DNA of 64,000 nt, taken from contig NC_134036.1 in the NCBI RefSeq assembly GCF_964204645.1, forward strand, positions 11,449,859 through 11,513,858. The letters are read 5' to 3'. Shown here one piece after another: positions 53,674 through 64,000 of this stretch. Source of the stretch: Tubulanus polymorphus. Taxonomy: Eukaryota > Animalia > Nemertea. Below the pieces are notes generated by a model, which was not told the origin of the DNA, did no database searches, and worked only from the letters and a program-made list of their open reading frames with translations. The position numbers and the translations under genes were made by a program. Each line of letters begins with the position of its first letter. Position 1 is the first letter of the stretch.

Positions 53674-53894
53674 GTCTTCGAACCTCCGACTTTCGTTCTT
53701 GATTAATGAAAGCAAATGCTTTCTTGGCAAATGCTTTCGCAGTAGTTCGTCTCACGGCGATCCAAGAATTTCACCTCTAACGCCCGATACGAATGCCCTC
53801 GTCTGCCTCTCTAAATTTACCTCGGGAGTTCCGGAGACCAACGAAAACAGGAACCGAGGTCCTATTCCATTATTCCATGTACCGTTATTCAGGC
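53674..53894 (-). pseudogene. Isolated 18S rRNA gene fragment (V4-V5 region)
   Basis: Minus strand reads ATGGAATAATGGAATAGGACCTCGGTTC...TTAGAGGTGAAATTCTTGGATCGCCGT.AGACGAACTACTGCGAAAGCATTTGCCAAG...TTCATTAATCAAGAACGAAAGTC.GAGGTTCGAAGAC, which is conserved eukaryotic SSU sequence, with indels. Confidence 0.92.
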
Positions 53895-53934
53895 GTGAAT
53901 AAACAGCGGTTTTGTGGGATGAGAGACGTTAAAG

Positions 53935-53937
<3 letters not shown>

Positions 53938-53978
<41 letters not shown>

Positions 53979-53985
53979 TGTTGCT
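53938..53985. repeat. (GCT)n microsatellite
   Basis: Direct reading. Confidence 0.95.
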
Positions 53986-56569
53986 AGTAGTGTGATTATT
54001 TCTATATATAGTTTTTCTTGCTGTTCCTGTGCATATCATGAAGGTAATTAATCCGGTTGGTCCGTGTGTTTGACGTCATCCAATATGTTGAAAGCTTATT
54101 ATTGCCACTACATATCCACTAATTACTAAGTGCAAAATTTATATTTTGTTGTTTTCGTTGTCTTTGAAAAGCCAATCAATCCCCATTCCCGGCCATGGTG
54201 CGATTTCATATGCGTAGTTTATTGAGTGTTTTCTAGGTTTGTTAAATGTTTTGCCAACCGGTATGTTTGCGCATCAATTCACGATGATCGTTCATCGGAA
54301 AAAGTTCGGTAAACGGAATCTAAAAACAAACAGGTGAGTAAATATTCCTGCTTTTAACTTCAGTTCGGTTCGTTTAATGAGGCGTCATTGATCATGCCAT
54401 CTGGCGTACCAAAATGAATATTTTAGGTTCTAAGTTGCCATACTATGCATTCGAAAAATGTGCTTATTTTCCAAACGAGAAGTTATGGGTACGGTATGTA
54501 AAGGGATGTGATTTTCATTTATAGGAATAGATAGAACATTTTCTCTTAGAATTGGAAATTAAAAATTAAAAAATATTCATTCAAACAATAGTGTTTCTAC
54601 GTGGGTTCTTCGGGGGTTCTTGCCCAGGTGTTTCTTGCTGAGGGTTAAAACTCTTTCTATGGCTTGGATGTTGTTTCGGCAAATTTCCACGTTTAGAAAA
54701 TTTTCGAAAAATCCTCGAGAGAATGGTTTAATTTGATTATAGTCATAGAGTCATAGAGCTGCTTGTAATGTTTAGTGTTAATAATGTTAATGAGATACCC
54801 ACACGATTGACTCCGGGAAACTAAGCAGGCCATTCGTAAAACATTTGTCATTATAATTTTCAGTTTTCATTCTACCGATTTTGGATTTTTTTCACAAAAA
54901 AATGGGAAAAGTGCAGATACTTTTGTACGTTTTAGCGGAATGCCTATAAGCAGACGAAAACATGGCCTTATAACGAATATCGGATGCGCCAAGGTGTCAT
55001 AAGTATAAACAAAGTGGCTGCTCTACTGTTAGTTCTGATACCTAGGCAGCGCCAGAAGTCCTCTAAACTCGATGCGTTTCTGGATAGATTGCTAGAGCGC
55101 AATTTAAAAAGAACCCTGCCGGTGCTATCAAATTCACGATTCTAAAGCAACTCAAAAATGGATATGAATGAAGAATTGCGTTTATAGAATAGTTTATATT
55201 GCAGCATGTATTGACGATTTGAATTCATCGGTGAAACAAATGAATCATATTCGTCGATACGCGATTTCATAATCTTTCTCTTTACCTACGACTATATGAA
55301 TCAGTTTACGGATTATCCTTCATAGAAGTAAAACACATATTCGTGAATAGTGCTAAAAATTTAAAATCTTCTTCAAATTCGAAAAAAAATTATGATTTAT
55401 GTTATGGACGCCCGGTAAAGGACATACGGTTCATGGCAATTCAGTCCTGCTTTCTACTTAATGCTGACTTATCAAATTGTTCGCTTATTTGCAAAAATTA
55501 AAAAGAAACAAATGAGTTAGTTTCGTACGCCCTTCGATCAATAGTTCGAAGATGTTTATTATATCATCATACTGACAGAATCATTCCTCCAAGATTCTTT
55601 TCTCTACCATTTTTGTTCAGGGCCAAATTCACTGTCAGTGATGACCAGATGACGATCAATATGACGCGATACGAGTAAAGAAAGGCTGCGGTATTTGACA
55701 GTTTGGACAAAACCTAGTGGTCTACAAAAAACGAGCAGGAAATTCGAATAAATTACCACATTCCGTGGTCAATAATGAACTCAGGTGTAAGACCGGTGCG
55801 TTACTAGTTAAATGATGATATATACACGCACCGTGCATCAGCGAAGTATTAGGACAGCATATGAAAAATTAATATTCAGAAACGCGAAAAGTGAATATAT
55901 TTAAATATACTGGTTTTCGGAGGACCGATTGGAAAAACAATTCATTTACGGCTTTGCGAGAGTACATAGTGATGCAGGTGGAACGATTTTGAAGTGCCAG
56001 ACGCGAATCGATTTACCATGACAAAACATCAGTAGAATTTTCGATCTATATCAAGCTGTGCAATCATAAGTTTATTTTCAATAAGTCTAAATGTATAAAA
56101 CAAGGCACCAAATGTGTTGTTATTCGTCGACCGTACTGGCTGAAGTAAACGAGAGTTGAATACGTTGGAAGAAGCGACTAAGGTGAGCGCAGTCATGAAA
56201 TATTCACATCTTTATTATTCATACTCAAACGTTGATTTTCAGTGAAACAAAATACAATTTCATATGTTGTATACCTATCGCATAGACCAACGATTCATTT
56301 TGATTACCAATATAATCTATCGATTCCACAATATTAAGTGGGGTTCCATCCAGCAAACGTTTGTCTAAAGTAGCCAATATCATAGTTTTGTCTTCGTTAA
56401 CCTTTTGGATCGTCTTGAGGGTTAGGGTCTAAATGAGGATCAAGCAAACTGAATGCCTTAATACTTTATTCTTTAAGCTCTTTGCATCAATATATCTACT
56501 TTCACTTAATTTATTTTGTTTCTAAATTTGATGCGGATAGTTGTATTAGAAAAACAAGAACAAACGTAG

Positions 56570-57108
56570 TTCTTCCTAAGTACGGAACAACGAAACCATG
56601 AAATATGAAACGAAATTACGTAATGCTAAAGTACGAAAAGAAATACGTAACGAAATGCTTAACTACGAAACGAAATGGCCATTCTTTCACGGGTCCTGCT
56701 AAAGTATGAAATGAAATACGAAACTAAATTGTATTTTTCTTGCTACAGCAGCGAATAGAGCTGGTTCGTGGAGCTGGCTTAAACATTCGCACCCGATGTA
56801 GTGTGACAGGGTTCCGCATCGTTTCAAAAGGCCAATACCCTAAAAACCATCCAGTTGAAGAATGTAAATTCTTGAATAATTTCAAAAGATCATTTACATG
56901 TACTGCAAAACTTTGACATCCCGTGGCGTTATGAGCATTTGTCTATAGTATAGTCGTATTTGATGACCATTTCTTCGTATTTCATTTCATAATTAAGCAC
57001 TTTTTGCAAAATTTCGTTATTTCGTAGTTTCGTTTTCATTTCGCTTCATATTTCGATTTTTGGTTCATATTTCGTAGTTCCGTCGTTTCGTACTTTTAGC
57101 TGGAACCG
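56570..57108. mobile_element. Degenerate MULE-like MITE
   Basis: Inverted arrays of ACGAAA/TTTCGT; the right end GGAACCG resembles the end of the 35243-37612 element; no clear TSD. Confidence 0.4.
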
Positions 57109-57196
57109 AAGAAACACGGAATTTAACCTGTCTAATCCCTACATTTACAGATGCAACCTAGTTTGGGCAAAAACGGTCCAAGACAATAGAAGTTAA

Positions 57197-57679
57197 CCCT
57201 GGGAAGCCAAAACATACTTTTGGTAGTAGGGCATACCCCATATTTATTTTCAATCAATATCTGTTTTAAATATATTTTCACATTAACATGTTTTTTGGAA
57301 GGGGTCACATGTGACCCCCAAGCTGCTTCATTATTAGTTTAGAGTACCTAAATATTTTTAGAGAAACTTCATAATATGAAAAAGTGCATCCTTTAATGCC
57401 CAGTGTTCCATATATGACCCCAATTTGTTGATTGAAAATGTACAAGCTACGTTCTGGCTATGGGTCATATATTACCCCTTGGGTTAAAGTGGTAAATTTG
57501 ATTTTATGGAGCGCCACCTGGTGAGTTTACTACTAACTGACAAGGCTCATATATGTAAAATTGGGCTTTTTAGATAGCACAGGTGCTCTTAAACACATCT
57601 AAGAACTCTGGAACCCAACCAACAGCAGTTCTTAAATTTATGACCGGCTAAAAAGGTGGGGTCATATATGACCCCAGGG
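57197..57679. mobile_element. piggyBac-like MITE
   Basis: TTAA-CCCTGGG...CCCAGGG-TTAA; internal palindromes GGGTCATATATGACCC. Confidence 0.55.
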
Positions 57680-58472
57680 TTAAAATACCGTTAAACCGAC
57701 AGTTTCCAGTCATTTCACTAGACCATTCATGCGATATTTTATCGTTTTGGGAGTGATTTGAATTAATAAACTCTTACCATTGTATAGTGTTGCTTCCGTA
57801 GTATATGACATACAAAACGAATATAAGTGAGTAACGCTGTAGGTCTGTGAATACGGTGAACAAATGGTGTTTATTTTATCGATTTTTCATAGGTTGCGCT
57901 ACTAGCGCACACGTTCTTGTGTTGATTGTCATAGTAAACATCATAAATAGCACCACCTGCGGGTTAAATATGAACTATACGCACGGAGTGGAGGATAAAT
58001 AGATGAATATTTCGCTAACTATTACCGCTAATTCGTGCTCCATTTTTCAATAAGTCAAATCTCAGGTCGTTTTATGTATACTTAAGTTTCTTCTGGTTAA
58101 GAAATCGTGGAAAGTACAATTTTGATGGCATTTGCCCTTTAACAGTTCAACGATTTGTTTAGGTATAGATTGTATAAACATATTATTGACATCATCATAT
58201 CCAGAACTTGTTTTATGAACATCTTTAATGGGCAAATTACTCAATTTAAATATTTCACCTAGATCAGTTGGAAAAATGAATAGAGAATTAGGGTTAAGGT
58301 TATATAGAGTAAAAAATGATAGTGATTACAGATGGTGTTAATAGATCTTTTCATTTCGGAATGTTTTCTGCAAAATTAATGAGTTGGCTATTACTATATA
58401 TGTAACCAGAATATAGGATTTCAAAAAATGTCAAAATGCTTAAATATTTATGTCAATTTCTAGGTCAGGATC

Positions 58473-58965
58473 ATGCTTACTTATCTATTGACTCGAATAT
58501 GTGTTATTGTTATGCTTGTGGGCAGTGGCGCGTCGTGGCCCTCAGGTGAGTAACGACTGGCGAAATGATTTACAATTTACAATTTCTTAGAATTATATGA
58601 ATAATATAAAAATGAAAGTCGCCTCCATCAGTAATATGTGATTAATAGCATATATTTGATAAATAGCATTTTCAGTGATTTTACTTAAATTCTTACATTC
58701 GACGAAAATCAATTAATTGACGTTTAATATTGTACATATTCGTACATGTATTTCCTTTTCTTCAGCATTAATGTGTTGTTAACGAGGGATATCTATTGAC
58801 CCAACCAATTATTTCTTTTAATTCAAGTAAAACAGTGTGTCACTTAAAAATCCCAATGCCAATTTCATGCTTTTTGGATATACAGGTTGCACAATAAAAT
58901 CCGGGATATGCCTCTGGAGTGCCGAGTGTTGCAGTAACAAATGTAGAAACGGATCTTGTTATTAA
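58473..58965 (+). CDS. Secreted inhibitor-cystine-knot peptide, spliced; paralog B
   Basis: Exon 58473-58545 encodes MLTYLLTRICVIVMLVGSGASWPS and ends at a GTGAGT donor. Exon 58886-58965 follows TACAG and gives GCTIKSGICLWSAECCSNKCRNGSCY*. AATAAA at ~59138, in a 3' UTR homologous to paralog A. Confidence 0.8.
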
Positions 58966-59759
58966 TCGGCAAAGATACGGGTTTTATTCGGATTAACTTG
59001 TGGTGGTATGGAAACTATCCGATAATGAACCCGAAACACTGTCAGATTATCGACTGACAAAGTTGAAAAAGCCGGAATTTCTTTTCTCATATTTCTCACG
59101 ATAACTCAATCGTCAAATGTTTTTCTGAAGTGATTCAATAAAACTGCGGGTAAATAAAATAGGTAAATGATTGGATTTAATATGTTGGTACCCCACTGTT
59201 ATGGGTTTGAGTTGGCTGTTATGGTTGTTGAATTAGCCACCGTGTCGTTACCGTGTTGAACCGTCGTAATATGAACTTTTCTATAAGTTTACAGTTTCCT
59301 ATTTATCACAATCAAATGACGTGATTGTCAATGAATAAAGAATCAGCAGAGAAACAGTTATATTCATATATAGAGTAACAAAAATTTGTATTTTATTCAC
59401 AGAAAAAATTGTAGGAAGAAGATACCGTACAATGCATATATATTTTTAAAAATCAAATCAAATACAACATTCAAAACTTGATTTAACAAACTTCCCCAAA
59501 TTTATCACGTGAGATCCACTACTTACATAATTGAAAATTCTACTTATATTACATGCATCAATATTTACCAATTTTATTTTCGTCCTGAGATCGTTGAATT
59601 TACTGCACGTTAGGATTAAAATGCTTAAAATCTTCCACACGTATTACAAATCCTGTCATCTCTACTCAATACCGGAGGTTCGTGTTTTTGCTATCATCAA
59701 ACTGTGTCATTCTGATAGGATAATTATTCATTCTAAACGGGCATCGATATGGTGAAATA

Positions 59760-59990
59760 CACTCTTAGAACAAAGGGTTCTACTTGGACTTGCCTCCAAG
59801 GGAGAGCACATAAAGGTTCGTCAAAGAAGGTTTTTTGTAGGGGTCTCTAAAAACCCCAGGTAAAGGTTCTTTGAAGAACCATTTCGTATGAAGGGTTATG
59901 GGAAGAACCCCTTTCATAATTATTAAATGGTTCTTGACAGGGTTCTTTCGGGAACCATTACAGGTATTAATTTTTAGGGTTCCTCATTCA
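59760..59990. mobile_element. End of CACTA/EnSpm-like non-autonomous element
   Basis: CACTCTTAGAACAAAGGGTTC start followed by GGTTC/GAACC subterminal repeats; a possible other end TAAGAGTG at ~60641 has no matching TSD. Confidence 0.4.
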
Positions 59991-61349
59991 TTTTTTGACT
60001 GCTCAAGCCGTTCATGATTTGTTCATCCACTGTTAATTATTATTAACTCAGCACTCAGCACTGAAACAGCTGGATTTTTTTGTTCAAATTAAGCAGTATA
60101 TAAATCTGATATTGAGATATAGGGATTTCATTTTGCAAAGCTGTGTACCAATCTATCAGACCCCACCCTTCTATAAATTATAAATGTCATAGGATGCCTG
60201 CATAGGATGTCTACAATATCAAATTAACTATGCCCATTATGCGCTAATTAGATGATCTAAACACGTAAGTTAGTTTCAAAACAATTAAATATTACCGGCA
60301 TTTCAATAAAGTAAGCGCTTCTTGCAAGCTGGCGTCAAATAATCAATAACGAAGAGAGAACTGCATGCTAAAAGTGAACATCGGATGAACTATTTTTAAA
60401 AATATAGTATTGAAATTAGTAATAATTATAGGTTGATTTTAAGAATTTTAGATATATATTTTTTCGAATATTTTGTGTAGTCATTTATCTAGATAATGAG
60501 ATGAAAAGGACAAAATTCAGTCAATGAAAATATGATCTTATCTATATATTCCTCCCTTATATAGGCTATGTAGACCAGCCTCAAATTTCATTTTGTCTTT
60601 TATTTCTACAAATAAAATATTTGTGATATAGATTAAGAGTGTTTATGATCGCGTATCACAGCAAATATACTTTGGAGGATTCTTCAACTCAAATACTTCA
60701 ATCTTCTACGTAAAAAAACCAAAAAATTTTGTATACATAGGATGTACAGTGGTCAACAGAACCTTTGAACGTCACGTATCACTGCAAATCATCAACAGTT
60801 GTGGCTATTTTAAGAGCCAAAATTACCATGCGATCTTTTCTGCAATATACTACATGTATCGCATAGTCACAGCATACAAATGGTTGGGCTACTATCGGAA
60901 ACAGAAATTTTAAAAAACTGGAATGAAAAGAAAATTGACTTCAGACTGCTTTTAAATGTACTACTGGACACGTTACTGGACACTGGAAGATTGCTTATTG
61001 TTCTTAAGACAAGTGTGGCTGTAAAGGTTATGGAAAGGTAACGTAGTTAATTGCGTTGGCCTAGTGGTATGAGTAGCTATCAGCTCCCGAGAAATGGCTG
61101 ATCCCAAAAACAGTAATATCATATTTTACAATTTCTTATTCAGACTGCAAGACTCTATGTGTAAATAAAAGTTAGATGGTTGAGTTATATGCTCGAAACA
61201 GGTAAAACTCATTAATAATCGGTATTGCTAAACACTTAAACATTGATGAACATAGTATTTGTTCTTGATCACCAATTCTGTTTCAAAATCCAGCTCATCG
61301 ATTTTCTACAACAACTTGAGTTCATGGAAAACTAGGTTATGAATATTAT

Positions 61350-63010
61350 TGAGCTTACATTAAATTTTCCACCAGTTAGAATCTAGAAATGATGAGTATA
61401 TATCATCATACTAGATGGCATTATTTAGGATATCTCGTTTAACAATTCACTGTCGAATAAATATCAGCAGAAGGATATATAGACACCTGTCTATGGTTCA
61501 ATTATATGTCAAAGGTTCTGGTTGTCGATATTACTGCTCGATGATTAATTATGGTGAATTGACGAGCAAATACATGTCTACCAGTCACATGTTGCTCTTA
61601 GGGATCTGGTTTCAAAAATGTCTGTTTTATGAACACTCATCTTGGATCGATGATCAAACACAGCATACGTTGCTCTTAAGTTCCGGTTACTGAAATTTCT
61701 GCTGGATGAACACTCATCGCTGATCGATTTGCAAATACATGTACCGGGTATACCAGTTTGATAGGCAGGACTCGTATGTAATGATGTTTCATAGTCAGCA
61801 CAACTGATGGAGCGTTCATGAAATGTTAATAAATCACCTGAAACATGTCCCTTATCCTTGAATGACGTTGTTCCAACCGAAACCAAGTTTAACAAACAAT
61901 ATTAGTTTTCTATTGAGGTCTTTCACGTGACGTCACTACGTGAATACATATTGAATGATAAGTATTATTCCAAGATTTGACAGACCTGTATTTCTGAGTA
62001 TAAATAAAGTCAGTTTAATTAATGGCCAGTTGATATTAGTTATGCGATACGTTTGACGAATGTGCATGATAGCCACATATCATTCATCTTTAAATCATTT
62101 CCAACCATAACACGGGACTGAATTGGTCACATTTAGTTATTCGAAGAAATTTCTCTTCGATTATGGAAAGTCATCTATGTAAAATTGTACTGCTACAGAG
62201 TCTGATCAGTCGGACCACAAAATCTTCAAATACTAGATTAGTTTTTTGGCCTAGGCCTACTATGAAAACAAGAGATATAAAAAGTTAAATTTCTATGTGC
62301 AAATGTAATCGGTACTACTGTTTTAAAACCACAAAAACAACTGTAAATGATTCGATTCATAATACTATTGATTAAAACTGGACTCGTCTCTCACTATAAA
62401 GTATTTGCTCGAATCAAGCGCCGAAAAGTGAAACAATTAAAGTAAATGCATCAGTATCGCTATGTCTTTGATCCATCGTCCGTAGCTGTCAAGGATCTCA
62501 TTTTGACAGAATGAAATTTCCTAAATTTGAAAGACCAGTATTTCAGGGTAAAATCATATTTACTCCATCGACGACCAGATAACAGTCAATTTTACCCGAA
62601 ACGTGGGGCGAATGTGCAGGAAATCTATACTTACTGAATGACTGCGGTCTAAGATATCTATTCGGTAGTCTAGATTACATCTTTCGGTCGAAAGAAAGAC
62701 GCGCAGCTCAATTCGACAATTCAAAAAAATGATCCAGTCGTCGTTTTACAATCATAGACGTAAGAAAGGTGCTTTACTAGTCAGAATGGTGTGTTCTATA
62801 CACGCGCAGTACATCAGCAAAAATGATAAAATAGTATATGAAAACCTAATATCAGTGACAGCTCATTAAATATAATGATTTCCTATGAAACTAATGAAAA
62901 ACAATGTACTTATGATCGACTATCTACGAGTACATAGTGATGCGCGTGCATCGATTATGTCTACTGGGTGCGTATTGATATAGCTTAACAAAACATCGAT
63001 ATGAGTTTCA
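61350..63010 (+). repeat. Diverged paralogous blocks: 61350-61740 resembles 38275-38640; 62445-63010 resembles 55510-56050
   Basis: Shared strings AGCTTACATTAAA.TT.CCA..A..TAGAATCTAGAAA, GAGCAAATAC.TGTCTACCAGTCAC.TGTTGC, GACCAGAT.AC and GAGTACATAGTGATGC. Confidence 0.75.
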
Positions 63011-64000
63011 ATCAATATCGCTGGAGTGACGGGTGGGTGCGTAAGGATTCAGCTAAAAGTAGAACTGGAGTGGCAAAACTGTAATTTGTGATTCATTTCA
63101 ACTCATAATTGTAGTTAAAATTTCCAATTCTTCATAATTAACTCATATTCAACTATTTTAATACTGTTAGTTGCAAGCTTATAATCTATTCTGCCCTCAC
63201 ATGAAGAAAGACAGTATCTCAAAATCTTTTGTTTTGATAAATTGGTGTCTGAAGTTATGGGGAGTTCCTTGAGTCAATATAATATATCTACTAACTTAAA
63301 ACTTAGTTCATGGGTGTTGAGACCCTAAATATGGAAACAAATTTTCAAATTTGGAAAGAAATGGTCCAAATTCAACTGAGATAATTGAGATTTTTACAGT
63401 TACTACCGCTGTTCAACCTAAAAAGCTGGAACTAATTCTTGATAGTTGTCAATTTGAAAGGCAGTACATTTTTTAGCATTATTATAAATCGCAGTAACTA
63501 CGATGATTTACACGTTAAAGTGCAGTAAATCTGAAGATCTGCAGTATAAATGACAGTGTAAATTCATTAGAATCAATGACAGAATATTCAGTTCCTGCCT
63601 GGCGATTCACAGCAAGTGGAAAAGATTGATATTCCAATTGAACAACTGTATTTATTAGATAATTAAATTTCAGATCAATTCAACAACATCTAATTATACA
63701 CAAATATCAATATTGATGACAAATGATCTTTCTGGATGAAAGATCTAAAAGACCTGAACTTAAGCGAAGAACAATATAATGGTAATCTCACTATTTAAAC
63801 TTATTGCAGTGAGATAATCATGCATTCTTCTTGTTCATTAACAAAAAATCTCACAATTGAATACTCTTCTTAATTTTAGAACTAAGTTGTGATCTAAAAA
63901 AGATAATCAGACAACACAACAAATAATTTTGAAATGATTTCAAAGAATTAATTTTGGGTCAGTAACAACGATAAATTGCATTAATATATCTATATGTAAC

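Noticed and set aside
53793-53987. Poly-cysteine ORF
   Set aside because: Artefact of the (GCT)n microsatellite plus antisense 18S sequence.

Overview
AT-rich, intron-containing animal DNA (probably a marine lophotrochozoan, by inference), dominated by transposon remnants. Main contents: (1) the 5' end of a minus-strand LTR element with a 59-bp tandem array (1-2326). (2) A pair of ~6.7-kb inverted repeats (13019-19789 / 44695-51309) enclosing ~25 kb. (3) Two degenerate Ty3/Gypsy elements with both LTRs, lying tail-to-tail: one has no gag and has chromodomain-like modules after integrase, the other has a PHD finger between RNase H and integrase. (4) A Mutator-like non-autonomous element and several MITEs. 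(5) A decayed Polinton/Maverick (adintovirus-like) morphogenesis block: penton end, core protein, major capsid and protease start, plus tandem-PC4 and RING genes. (6) An intron-containing Kolobok-type transposase fragment bracketed by hairpin direct repeats. (7) An isolated 18S rRNA fragment. (8) Two paralogous spliced genes for small secreted inhibitor-cystine-knot peptides (C-x6-C-x5-CC-x3-C-x4-C) at 39765-40290 and 58473-58965, which the ORF track essentially misses; they are the only apparently intact host genes and look like part of a toxin-like gene cluster. All family assignments come from motif recognition by eye, not database searches.
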